Shown: positions 15,621 to 28,126 of the stretch, one piece after another
How the letters are laid out: each line of letters begins with the position of its first letter
How positions within the stretch are numbered: the stretch's first letter is position 1
Assembly (NCBI GenBank): GCA_002269645.1
Contig: NIVC01002430.1
Coordinates: 62,001 to 126,000, forward strand
From: Macrostomum lignano
Lineage: Eukaryota
Length of the DNA stretch: 64,000 nucleotides
Reading direction: 5' to 3'
Program-made: the position numbers and the translations under genes
The notes under the pieces: generated by a model
Seen by the model: the letters and a program-made list of their open reading frames with translations, nothing else
Database searches by the model: none
What the model was told of the DNA's origin: nothing

Positions 15621-16165
15621 GGGTGTGATAGCACATACTTATTGAAGAATAGCAATCATGTCAAGTACTTCGTATTTAGTGTGATCTGGTTAAAAGTCTA
15701 TTAATAAAATCGTGTTTATCTTCATAGTGCTTTGCACTAGACTGACTAACCATACAGTATAACTGTTAGTTCTTTAGAGAAGCATTTCTATTATGATTTT
15801 GTATTTTCCCTGTGCCCTAGAAAGCATATTTTTTGATAATCTGTTTAGAGTTTCTCATTGCAGTGTCTTTCGGTAGTTCAACGCATTGTATCTGTGTAAT
15901 TTCTCTTAAATTAAAGCGAGGAAGCCTTGAAGATCTTTTTGTGCATTCGCAGTGAAATACATATTGGCGCAAAAAAACAAAAATCCTTTGTTTTTTGCCA
16001 ATGGTGTTTTGGAATCTCTGCTGTGTTTTTTTATTTAGCGATTTAATGAAATTCACAAGGGCCGGTGCCCATTGTAAAAATTCTACAATGACTTTACTCT
16101 CACCTTCTTGAATCCCGCAGCGTCTTAGCGACTAAAACTTAACATATTACTAATAGCAATAAAGG

Positions 16166-17765
16166 ATGGGCGGCGGACACGAGCCTGAACCGACACGGGA
16201 GTCGCTCTACACCCCGGTGACTAGCAAGGCGTTCACTGACACTTGGCTATTCAAAGCATTCGACTTGCCAACCACCTGGTTCAAGGAGAATGTGATTGAC
16301 AAGTACAGGAAGAAATATCCCTATTATCACCGCCGATATCCTAGGGTGCCTACTATCGACCAGTGCTTTGTTGATGACGAGCTTTGCAATCTGGAGGCCG
16401 ACGAGCAGTACAAAAGGGATCGGTGAGTTTTTACTGTTAAATTAAAAAATAAGTTACATTTTCTTACTAACCTACTAACTAGTAAAAATGTCAAATAATT
16501 ATCACTATTTTTGTGATATCGATGTGAAAATCTATACAATAGAACCATTTTCCCGATATGTAGCGTTGATATTTTCGAGACTGAAAATAGCTACTTTTTA
16601 ATTACAAGTAAATTTTTACCTGTCCCCAACTAACCCAGCCTGGTTGACCAGGAGATTGTCAACATACTTCGTCGTCGGCGGGAACAGTGCTTCCAGTGGT
16701 ACGGCAGGCAGCGCGACCTTATTGAGAAACACTGCGGCCAGATTCAAAAGGATTATGATGAAGGTAATCTTCGCGATCGGAAGAAAATCTACGACGAGAG
16801 TGACCAGGTTAAAGGAACAGTGACAAGGGTTAGAATTAGACTAGCTAGGCTCAGCGATCGAAAGAGTGACAAGGATAGCTATAGTGTGAATAGGAGAGTG
16901 TGACAAATAGTCATCTAGGAGAGTGACAAGTAGTCATCTAGGAGAGTGGCAAGTAGTCATCTAGGAGAGTGACAAGTAGCCATCTAGGAGAGTGACAAGT
17001 AGCCATCTAGGAGAGTGACAAGTAGCCATCTAGGAGAGTGAAAAGTGGCAATCTATGGGAGTGACAAGTAGTCATCTAGGAGAGTGACAAGTAGCCATCT
17101 AGGAGAGTGACAAGTAGTCATCTAGGAGAGTGACAAGTAGCCATCTAGGAGAGTGACAAGTAGTCATCTAGGAGAGGGACAAGTGGCCATCTAGGAGAGT
17201 GACAAGTAGCCATCTAGGAGAGTGACAAGTAGCCATCTAGGAGAGTGACAAGTAGTCATCTAGGAGAGGGACAAGTGGCCATCTAGGAGAGGGACAAGTA
17301 GCCATCTAGGAGAGTGAAAAGTGGCAATCTATGGGAGTGACAAGTAGTCATCTAGGATAGTGACAAGTAGCCATCTAGGAGAGTTACAAGTAGTCATCTA
17401 GGAGAGGGACAAGTGGCCATCTAGGAGAGGGACAAGTAGCCATCTAGGAGAGTGAAAAGTGGCAATCTATGGGAGTGACAAGTAGTTGAAACTCCCCTCC
17501 CACCCACGCAGCCTCCACCAACTACTTCATCAAGCACGGCGACATGGGCTACGCGCACAACGTTAAGAACGCCCTGATGAAGCAGAAGCACCGGATGCTG
17601 TGGGAAAGAAAATACGGCGAAGTTGGCAGCCGAGGCGATCCAAACAAATATCCGAATGTGATTGATATGGAGCCTGGCACTCTGGAGCACGAGGACACTT
17701 TGATTGGCAACATGCGCAAATTCGGCAACAATCACGATCGAAATCCGAAAGAGATGGCGCCCTAA
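16166..17765 (+). CDS. NDUFB10: NADH dehydrogenase 1 beta subcomplex subunit 10 (PDSW); exons 16166-16422, 16639-16763, 17512-17765 (211 aa)
   Basis: YPYYHRRYPRVPTIDQC..C..EADEQYKRDR-LVDQEIVNILRRR..C and LMKQKHRM match NDUFB10. Splice phases 2 and 1 are consistent. Confidence 0.92.
16900..17485. repeat. Intronic 23-bp minisatellite ACAAGTAG(T/C)CATCTAGGAGAGTG
   Basis: Direct reading; lies in NDUFB10 intron 2. Confidence 0.93.
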
Positions 17766-18167
17766 GTTTGCCCCCCTGTTCTGGGCGGCCTGTAAAACTA
17801 TAACTATTTGGGAAACTGATACTACTACTCGACTAAGACTGCAAGTAGTGTGTTCGTTTAGCTTTATATACAGCATCTAGAACTGTAGTTTATGAAATAG
17901 CCAATTTTAATAATAGAGGTTCAATGGCTCTGTTATACTGATACAAAAATGTCGACCCAGCTAAATATTCACTCACTTTCAGTCCTAGCTTATATCTTCA
18001 CTAAATAGGCCCCGTATAGAAAATTTAGAATTTCAACCATTAATAAATCAATTATTACATACAAGCTAATTTATGCAGTAAATTAACATTGCTGCATGGT
18101 CTTAGTAGACACTAGCTATTTTATTTGTGATTTCTTTGTTAGATTTGTGGCTTGTTTCATAGCAGTA

Positions 18168-18530
18168 GGACTGGGACTGGGACTTGGAGTGGGACTGGGG
18201 TTGGGACTAGACTAGGACTGGGACTTACGAGTATACTGAAACTGGGACCGGAATAGGACTGGGACTTGGACTAGAAGTGGAACTGGGAGTCGGATTGGGA
18301 CTTGGAGTGGGGCTGGGACTTGGACTGGGATTGGGACTGGGACCTGGAGTGGGGTTGGAGTGGCACTCGGTTGGGACCTGGAGTGGGGTTGGAGTGGCAC
18401 TCGGTTGGGACCTGGAGTGGGGTTGGAGTGGCACTCGGTTGGGACCTGGAGTGGGGTTGGAGTGGCACTCGGTTGGGACCTGGAGTGGGACTCGGTTGGG
18501 ACCTGGGATGGGACTGGAGTGGGACTTTAA
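18168..18530. repeat. G-rich degenerate repeat (GGGACT/GGAGTG hexamers and a ~34-bp unit)
   Basis: Direct reading. Confidence 0.85.
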
Positions 18531-18695
18531 GTATGGCAGTGACTATACTTAGTGACTAAACTAACTTTCGTGTTAAATTTTTAATTATTAACAATGAACA
18601 ATTGCTTGATTCTATTTATTATTTTCTATCTAATACATATTTGTAAATTATAAAGCATACCTCCGCATTGTTACTACTTTCAGTAAATTTTCCCG

Positions 18696-20174
18696 ATGGA
18701 GCAACTAATGAAAATATTAGTAATTGGCGATCCAACAGTTGGTAAAACTTCGTTCGTTCATCGATATGTGAATAACATGTTTCAGACTGACTATAAGCAG
18801 ACCATCGGGGTGGACTTTGCGCTTAAAGTTATTCGCTGGTCTGACACTCAAACTATTAAACTGCAGATGTGGGACATTGCCGGGCAGGAGAGGTGAGCAC
18901 TGGCTGACTGACTGACTAACTGACTGACTGACTGACTGACGGACGGACTGACTGACTGACTGACTGACTGACTGACTGACTGACTGACTGACTGACTGAC
19001 TGACTGACTGACTGACTGACTGACTGACTGACTGACTGACTAACCCACTGACTGACTGACTGACTGACTGACTGACTGACTGACTGACTGACTGACTGAC
19101 TGACTGACTGACTGACTGACTGACTGACTGACTGACTGACTGACTGACTGACTGACTGACTGACTGACTGACTGACTGACTGACTGACTGACTGACTAAC
19201 CCACTGACTGACTGACTGACTGACTGACTGACTGACTGACTGACTGACTGACTGACTGACTGACTGACTGACCCACTGACTGACTGACCCACTGACTGAC
19301 CCACTGACTGACCCACTGACTGACTGACCCACTGACTGACTGACTGACTGGCCCACTTACCCACTGACTGACTGACCCACTGACCCACTGACTGACTGAC
19401 CCACTGACTGACTGGCCCACTTACCCACTGACTGACTGACTGACTGGCCCACTTACCCACTGACTGACTGACTTGAGTGAGTGGGTGACTGACTGACTGA
19501 CTGACCCACTGACTGACCCACTGACTGACTGACTTGAGTGAGTGGGTGACTGACTGACTGACTGACCCACTGACTGACTGACTTGAGTGAGTGGGTGACT
19601 GACTGACTGACTGACCCACTGACTGACCCACTGACTGACTGACTGAGACACAGAGAAAGACACAGGCAGTCAGCCAACCCCCCACCCCTGCAGGTTCACC
19701 TCCATGACGCGAGTGTACTACAGAGACGCCCACGCAGCCGTAATCGTATTTGACTTAACCAAACGCTCAACATTTGACGGTGCGCTGAAATGGAAACGCG
19801 ATTTGGACAGCAAATGCGCCCTGCCCGATGGCAGCCCGCTGCCGGCCATCCTGCTGGCTAATAAATGCGACTTGTTGAGCGGCGAGCGGCAGCTGCAACT
19901 GTCCGAGATTGAGACATTCTGCAGAGAGAACGGCTTCATTGGTTGGACAGAGGTCAGCGCCAAGGAGGGCGTCATGATTGAGGAGGCGATGCGATTTCTA
20001 ATTGAATCGGTGCTAGCCAAGACTGCCAACTCTGAGTCAGCGGCTCAGACAGTCTCACTGACCGACGATCCGGCCATTGTCCGGCTGGGGGCGGTTAGCG
20101 GCGCGAAGAACAAGCCGCGGCGTGGTAACGTAGATGAGGACGATGAAATCGGCGGCGGCAGATGTGCGTGCTAG
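18696..20174 (+). CDS. Rab29/Rab32/Rab38-subfamily GTPase; exons 18696-18892 and 19694-20174 (225 aa)
   Basis: GDPTVGKTS, TIGVDFALKV, WDIAGQERF and NKCD motifs with a C-terminal CAC prenylation site. Phase-2 intron AG|GTGAGC...CTGCAG|G. Confidence 0.93.
18900..19645. repeat. Intronic (CTGA)n tetranucleotide microsatellite
   Basis: Direct reading. Confidence 0.97.
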
Positions 20175-20329
20175 GTTTGATTCTTAGAATTATTTTTTAA
20201 GGATTTGACCATTATTTTTTCCTAGACGGGAAAACTGTTAATTATTTTGGAAAAAAAATGACCCCCGAATTCTTTAAAATTGGTTTTGAATGTCTTGGAA
20301 AACTATCACTCAGACTCTTTGAAATCGCC

Positions 20330-20760
20330 CTGGAATTTCTTGAAAAACTGTCCCTCTGATTCTTTGAAATCGATTTCAAACTCCTTAGAAAACCGTCCCT
20401 CTGATTCTTTGAAATCGGTTTTTAATTTCTTAGAAAACTGACTCTCCGAATATTTAAAATCGGTTTTTAATTTCTTAGAAAACTGACTCTACGAATATTT
20501 GAAATCGGTTTTTAATTTCTTAGAAAACTGACTCTCCGAATATTTGAAATCGGTTTTTAATTTCTTAGAAAACTGACTCTCCGAATATTTGAAATCGGTT
20601 TTTAATTTCTTAGAAAACTGACTCTCCGAATATTTGAAATCGGCTTTTAATTTCTTAGAAAACTGACTCTCCGAATATTTGAAATAGTTTTTTATTTTCT
20701 TAGAAAACTGACTGAATATTTAAAATCGGTTTTTAATTTCTTCGAAAACTGTCTCTCAAA
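20330..20760. repeat. AT-rich ~45-bp tandem repeat
   Basis: Unit TTTAATTTCTTAGAAAACTGACTCTCCGAATATTTGAAATCGGTT. Confidence 0.88.
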
Positions 20761-21600
20761 CTCTTTGAAATCGCTTGTTATTTAAATTTGTTCAGTTTTT
20801 TTATCTTTTAAATCTTAAGAGATCACAGAACAACACAAAATTATCAGATAAGGTCACTGAACCCCACCAGATGTAATGCGATGTTTAAAACATTCTTGTG
20901 TGTGATATTAAATTCCTCATTTTCAATAGATCCCATGCAGTTATATTCAAGATATTACTGAACCCTGCTATCTATTGTGTTAACTGTAATACAGCTTGTA
21001 ATTATCAATCATATATCAGCTGTTATTTGTCGTACGCGTGCAATATGTTAAAATAAAACCAGATTTTCTTGTTATTCAGTTTGGCCAATTATGAATATTT
21101 GTCTTACTCTTGAGAATAATATCTTATTTTGGCGGCTACTGGTGCTGTGAATCTCTTCCAAAATTTAATGGTGAATGTTTCTTATTCCATCATTAATTAT
21201 TTAATATCACATTTAATTGGTGCTCTAAGGCTGTCTTCCATAGTTTTAGTAAATATTCAATTTTTTTAGATTGCACTGCTGCCATCTTTTTGGCAGGTTT
21301 TTGACTGAATTTATTATTATTATACTGTCTCGATTTAGAGGTCTTTTGGACACCTAATTTTTTATATTGTAATTTTCCACTCCTGTATCATCATTATTGC
21401 AGTACGTACACAATCAGGTTTTTCGTGTAGAACACTGTACACAACGAATTTTTATAAATTTTTGTTTAAATGTTTTTAATAAAACGTCGATAATATATAT
21501 TTTATTTAATTCGCGTTTTAAGCTGTTTTAAACGTGTTTCAGTTATTTTCAGAAAGGTCTTTGGGGGATCCGTTTAGATAGGGAATTCACGATATTAGAG

Positions 21601-21830
21601 AAGGTCACTTGATGAACTATAAATAGAACACACCCGCCCCACTCCCCCTGTACATTCATGTTGTAAGGCGAGTAAGTCACGTGGTGTGCTAAAATAGAAC
21701 ACTCGCCTATGCACATTCATAGACGAGGTCACGCGATGGGCTATAAATTGAACAGACACTCCCTGTATTAGACAAATAAACACGCAAGGAAAAGTCACGT
21801 GATGAGCTGAGTGTATTGAACTCTGACTAT
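21601..21830 (+). promoter_or_regulatory. Four degenerate GTCACGTG (E-box) modules, most followed by a TATA-like motif, upstream of BCAS2
   Basis: GTCACTTG 21604, GTCACGTG 21676, GTCACGCG 21728, GTCACGTG 21794. The first three are followed by CT(AT/A)AAAT(A/T)GAAC. Function is inferred. Confidence 0.35.
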
Positions 21831-21855
21831 TCGTGCCCACAGAGCAAATTTAGGC

Positions 21856-24800
21856 ATGTCTGCACTGGAACAACAGGCCGCTTTGGTCAACGCTCTTCCT
21901 TACGTTGACCGAGGCTTCGACGAGGCCGGCGTCAGAGAGGCCGCCCTCGCATGGTTGAAGAGGAGATGCGACGCTACCGGCCAACTAAAAACTATTTGGA
22001 ACACCTGCCGCCATTGAATCTTCATCAGTTTGAGACCGATATATTGCGGGCCGAATTTGAACGTTTAAGCAGTCGACAGCCGCCTGAGCACATGAGCATG
22101 AAGCGATACGAACTGCCAGCCCCGCCAACTGGCCGCCTGACCGATGTGCAGAGCTGGCGAGACTCAGTTGACAACAGTCGAGCCCAGCTGGAGCACCAGA
22201 GTGTCCGCATTGAGAATCTGCAACTGCTGCTGGCTCACGGATCCGATGCTTGGCGCTGTCACAACGACACTCTGGTGCGCATGGTTGCTGAGACTGAACG
22301 GCGTCTGCAGGCGACTCGGAAAGCAGTGAAGGAGGTTAATTTGCAGCGGAAGACTGAGCAGGTGCGTGCCGCATGCGTAGCATCCAGGACGACTTAAGTA
22401 GGAGGACATTCTACTTAAGTCGTCCTTGGTAGCATCTTGTGTAATTGAATGTAAAATCTAGTGTAATTGAATGTAAAATCTAGTGTAATTGAATGTAAAA
22501 TCTAGTGTAATTGAATGTACTATCTAGTGTAATTGAATGTACTATCTAGTGTAATTGAATGTACTATCTAGTGTAATTGAATGTACTATCTAGTGTAATT
22601 GAATGTACTATCTAGTGTAATTGAATGTACTATCTAGTGTAATTGAATGTAATATCTAGTGTAATTGAATGTAATATCTAGTGTAATTGAATGTAATATC
22701 TAGTGTAATTGAATGTACTATCTAGTGTAATTGAATGTAATATCTAGTGTAATTGAATGTAATATCTAGTGTAATTGAATGTAATATCTAGTGTAATTGA
22801 ATGTAATATCTAGTGTAATTGAATGTACTATCTAGTGTAATTGAATGTAATATCTAGTGTAATTGAATGTAAAATCTAGTGTAATTGAATGTAATATCTA
22901 GTGTAATTGAATGTACTATCTAGTGTAATTGAATGTACTATCTAGTGTAATTGAATGTAATATCTAGTGTAATTGAATGTAATATCTAGTGTAATTGAAT
23001 GTAATATCTAGTGTAATTGAATGTAAAATCTAGTGTAATTGAATGTAATATCTAGTGTAATTGAATGTAAAATCTAGTGTAATTGAATGTAAAATCTAGT
23101 GTAATTGAATGTAAAATCTAGTGTAATTGAATGTAAAATCTAGTGTAATTGAATGTACTATCTAGTGTAATTGAATGTACTATCTAGTGTAATTGAATGT
23201 AAAATCTAGTGTAATTGAATGTAAAATCTAGTGTAATTGAATGTACTATCTAGTGTAATTGAATGTACTATCTAGTGTAATTGAATGTACTATCTAGTGT
23301 AATTGAATGTAATATCTAGTGTAATTGAATGTAATATCTAGTGTAATTGAATGTAATATCTAGTGTAATTGAATGTAATATCTAGTGTAATTGAATGTAA
23401 TATCTAGTGTAATTGAATGTAATATCTAGTGTAATTGAATGTACTATCTAGTGTAATTGAATGTACTATCTAGTGTAATTGAATGTACTATCTAGTGTAA
23501 TTGAATGTACTATCTAGTGTAATTGAATGTAATATCTAGTGTAATTGAATGTAATATCTAGTGTAATTGAATGTAATATCTAGTGTAATTGAATGTAATA
23601 TCTAGTGTAATTGAATGTAATATCTAGTGTAATTGAATGTAATATCTAGTGTAATTGAATGTAAAATCTAGTGTAATTGAATGTAAAATCTAGTGTAATT
23701 GAATGTAAAATCTAGTGTAATTGAATGTAAAATCTAGTGTAATTGAATGTAATATCTAGTGTAATTGAATGTAAAATCTAGTGTAATTGAATGTAATATC
23801 TAGTGTAATTGAATGTAAAATCTAGTGTAATTGAATGTAAAATCTAGTGTAATTGAATGTAAAATCTAGTGTAATTGAATGTAAAATCTAGTGTAATTGA
23901 ATGTACTATCTAGTGTAATTGAATGTACTATCTAGTGTAATTGAATGTAAAATCTAGTGTAATTGAATGTAAAATCTAGTGTAATTGAATGTAATATCTA
24001 GTGTAATTGAATGTACTATCTAGTGTAATTGAATGTACTATCTAGTGTAATTGAATGTAATATCTAGTGTAATTGAATGTAATATCTAGTGTAATTGAAT
24101 GTAATATCTAGTGTAATTGAATGTAATATCTAGTGTAATTGAATGTAATATCTAGTGTAATTGAATGTAAAATCTAGTGTAATTGAATGTACTATCTAGT
24201 GTAATTGAATGTACTATCTAGTGTAATTGAATGTAATATCTAGTGTAATTGAATGTAATATCTAGTGTAATTGAATGTACTATCTAGTGTAATTGAATGT
24301 AATATCTAGTGTAATTGAATGTAATATCTAGTGTAATTGAATGTAATATCTAGTGTAATTGAATGTAATATCTAGTGTAATTGAATGTAATATCTAGTGT
24401 AATTGAATGTACTATCTAGTGTAATTGAATGTAATATCTAGTGTAATTGAATGTACTATCTAGTGTAATTGAATGTAATATCTAGTGTAATTGAATGTAC
24501 TATCTAGTGTAATTGAATGTAATATCTAGTGTAATTGAATGTAATATCTAGTGTAATTGAATGTAATATCTAGTGTAATTGAATGTACTATCTAGTGTAA
24601 TTGAATGTAATATCTAGTGTAATTGAATGTAATATCTAGTGTAATTGAATGTACTATCTAGTGTAATTGAATGTAATATCTAGTGTAATTGAATGTAATA
24701 TCTAGTGTAATTGAATGTAATATCTAGTGTAATTGAATGTACTATCTAGTGTAATTGAATGTAATATCTAGTGTAATTGAATGTAATATCTAGTGTAATT

Positions 24801-25255
24801 GAATGTAATATCTAGTGTAATTGAATGTAATATCTAGTGTAATTGAATGTAATATCTAGTGTAATTGAGTGTAGCATCTGGTGTGATTAAGTGTAGCACA
24901 ACAATCCATCTATTTATTGCACCCTAGCTTTCCTTTAATTTATCTAATTAATTAATTCAAGGTGCAAGCTGGCGAGCGGTTGCACACCCTCGAAGACACC
25001 TGGGTGCACCTGGTGATGAAGAACTACGAATTAGAGCGGGAAATCGCCGATTTAGAGACGGCCGTATCGAAAGCCGAGGCTGAGCGGCCTTTGCCGCAGA
25101 CTGAGAAGTCAACCGAACCGGAAGCTGCACAGGTGGAAACTGCGGAAGCTGCGGAAGCTTCCGACGACAACGACGAACTGCCGCCGACGCCGCCAGCGCG
25201 TCAGTCGCCCGTGCCGACACCGCCGCCGGCGTCAGAGGAGCCTGCCGACGACTGA
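21856..25255 (+). CDS. BCAS2: Pre-mRNA splicing factor SPF27/BCAS2; exons 21856-22361 and 24962-25255; 1-nt deletion near 21949-21951
   Basis: NALPYVD..GVREAA then MVEEEMRRYRPTKNYL, MKRYELPAP, AQLEHQ..RIENL and W..LV.KNYE match BCAS2. CDS is 800 nt, one base short of frame. Confidence 0.92.
22437..24880. repeat. Intronic 22-bp AT-rich minisatellite TAGTGTAATTGAATGTA(A/C)(T/A)ATC
   Basis: Direct reading; fills the BCAS2 intron. Confidence 0.97.
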
Positions 25256-25559
25256 CAGTTTTTTACTTGACATGACTTGACTTCGTAAATTGTACATGCA
25301 ATTCTGTACTATGCTATGCTGTATTAATGTTTATAAAACCTTACTCTAATACTAATAAACACAAATTAATTGCGTCATCAAAAGCAAACAAAATTCTGTT
25401 TTTTTCTGGCTGCTGCATTTAATAATTAATTGGTTTAATTGTCTCATTTTTGTCGATAATTTTTCAACCACTTATTAGCTGGCGAGGCTTCAATTACTCC
25501 GGCCGTTTACCCGAAAAAATCTCTAATTTATGAAAACTCTACTATTATTGAATTTGATA

Positions 25560-27914
25560 ATGGCATCGAAAGAGGCAGACGGTTCTGTTCGCTGCTTCTA
25601 CGATATTCTTCAGGTGGATCGTCAGGCCAGTCAAGCTGAGATTCGTACAGCTTATCACCGTCAGGCCCTGCGATGGCATCCGGATAAGCAACGGAATCGA
25701 GCCGATGCTGACAGTACTACTGCTGAGGATACTACTGATCAGTTTCAACAGATTCAACGAGCTTATGAAATACTTGGCGATCCTCGTACCAGAGCTCTGT
25801 ATGATCAGCATAGAGAGGCCATACTGCGTCAGCGCGACACCCAGTGGGAGCCTGAGACCGATTCTACTAACCCGTTCAACTACTTCCCACCTGGTTGCTA
25901 TAGCAACTATGGCGACGGCCCGGGCGGCTTCTTTGACGTCTATGGCCGACTGTTTGACAAGTTGGCCGGCGAATTGAATTTGACTTTGCCTGGTGAGTCT
26001 TTTATTTGTCCGGGATTTTATAAGTTCCCAGGTCCCAATTTCTGCGGATTTCCTAATCCCGATTCTAAAAGAGTTCCTGGTCCCGATTCTATAACAGGTC
26101 CTAGTCCCGATTCTATAAGAGTTCCTAGTCCCGATTCTATGATAGTTCCTAGTCCCGATTCTATAAGAGTTCCTGGTCCCGATTCTATAACAGGTCCTAG
26201 TCCCGATTCTATAAGAGTTCCTGGTCCCGATTCTAAAAGAGTTCCTGGTCCCGATTCTATAAAAGTTCCTGGTTCCGATTCTATAAGAGTTCCTAGTCCC
26301 GATTCTATGATAGTTCCTAGTCCCGATTCTATAAGAGTTCCTAGTCCCGATTCTATGATGGTTCCTAGTCCCGATTCTATAAGAGTTCCTGGTCCCGATT
26401 CTATAAAAGTTCTGGTTCCGATTCTATAAGAGTTCCTAGTCCCGATTCTATGATAGTTCCTAGTCCCGATTCTATAAGAGTTCCTAGTCCCGATTCTATG
26501 ATGGTTCCTAGTCCCGATTCTATAAGAGTTCCTGGTCCCGATTCTATAAGAGTTCCTAGTCCCGATTCTATAAGAGTTCCTAGTACCGATTCTATAAGAG
26601 TTCCTGGTCCCGATTCTATAAGAGTTCCTAGTCCCGATTCTATGATAGTTCCTGGTTCCGATTCTATAAGAGTTCCTGGTCCCGATTCTATGATGGTTCC
26701 TAGTCCCGATTCTATAAGAGTTCCTAGTCCCGATTCTATGATAGTTCCTAGTCCCGATTCTTTAAGAGTTCCTGGTCCCGATTCTATGATAGTTCCTGGT
26801 TCCGATTCTATAAGAGTTCCTAGTCCCGATTCTTTAAGAGTTCCTAGTCCCGATTCTATGATGGTTCCTAGTTCCTAGTACCGATTATAAGAGTTCCTGG
26901 TCCCGATTCTATGATGGTTCCTAGTCCCGATTCTATGATGGTTCCTAGTCCCGATTCTATAAGAGTTCCTAGTCCCGATTCTATAAGAGTTCCTGGTCCC
27001 GATTCTATAAAAGTTCCTGGTTCCGATTCTTTAAGAGTTCCTAGTCCCGATTCTTTACGAGTTCCTGGTCCCGATTCTATAAGAGTTCCTGGTCCCGATT
27101 CTATAAGAGTTCCTAGTCCCGATTCTATAAGAGTTCCTGGTCCCGATTCTATAAAAGTTCCTGGTTCCGATTCTTTAAGAGTTCCTAGTCCCGATTCTTT
27201 ACGAGTTCCTAGTCCCTAAAATCCTTTTAAGTTTTAACAAATCTCTAAGTTTTATCCCAAAACATTTGCGATATCCCTGGCCCTAATCCCACAGAATTCG
27301 GCAAATCGAACTCCGACTACAAGTCGGTAGTGGCCGAGTTCTACTCCGCCTGGGAGGCCAGCCTGACTCAGCTGAGCAGTCAGCAGCAGCAGCAGCATCG
27401 CCGCTGTGAAGAGCTTCGCGTATTGCTCGCCTTTGTCAAAGCCTGGGATCCCCGAGTGTTCAACTGGCGAGTGCAGGCGGCCTCCCAACTAATTACCGGC
27501 TTAGCGGAGGAGGAGGTTTTACAAGCGTCAGTTAGCCGGTCGGTTTTGGCCGGTTTGGCCGTCGGAGGCGGCGCTCTGCTAGGCGGCGCGTTGCTGCCTC
27601 GCGTCGGCAATTTCGGCCTGGCGCTTGGCGCTGCGTGCGCCGCCGTAGCCTACGCTGTTGCTAACCGAGGCGGCTTCGTGTCGCTGGCTGACGCCATTCG
27701 CTCGATGCCGCCCGAGAAGCGCACTCGTCTAGCCGAGCTCACCGTAGACGCTATGCGCGATATGAACGCTATGGATTCGGCCACGTGGGCATCTCTGATA
27801 GCAACAGATGCTCAGTTTAGAGCCAGGCTGCTACAGTTGGCTAGGAGATTTGCTTACGGACAGCAAACGGCTGATGAGGCTAGGGAGGCTGAGCTACCCA
27901 TTGGTACTCGTTGA
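25560..27914 (+). CDS. Chimeric J-domain protein: DNAJC21-like N-terminus plus C19orf12-like C-terminal domain; exons 25560-25992 and 27295-27914 (350 aa)
   Basis: J-domain with WHPDK. Phase-1 intron LP-G|GTGAGT...CCACAG|AA-FG gives PEFGKSNSDYKSVVAEFY. AFVKAWDPRV is followed by a glycine-zipper segment that aligns with the 7805 protein. Alternative ATG at 25530. Confidence 0.82.
26050..27217. repeat. Intronic 24-bp minisatellite GTTCCT(A/G)GTCCCGATTCTATAAGA
   Basis: Direct reading; explains the VPSPDSIR ORFs. Confidence 0.96.
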
Positions 27915-28126
27915 TTAGAGATACAACTATTGTGCATTTTTAATATTCTGGTATATATTCCGAACTACATATAGTTCATTGATTTAGTGCTGATTAAGAA
28001 TTTTTTATGCCATTGATTTCTCTTACAGACCCGTTAAATTTTAAATATATTTTCCTTAAAAATATGATTGAAATTTGTGTACTTATATTTTGGCGCTTGT
28101 TTTTGCCTGTGATTTGTCTGGTTTAA

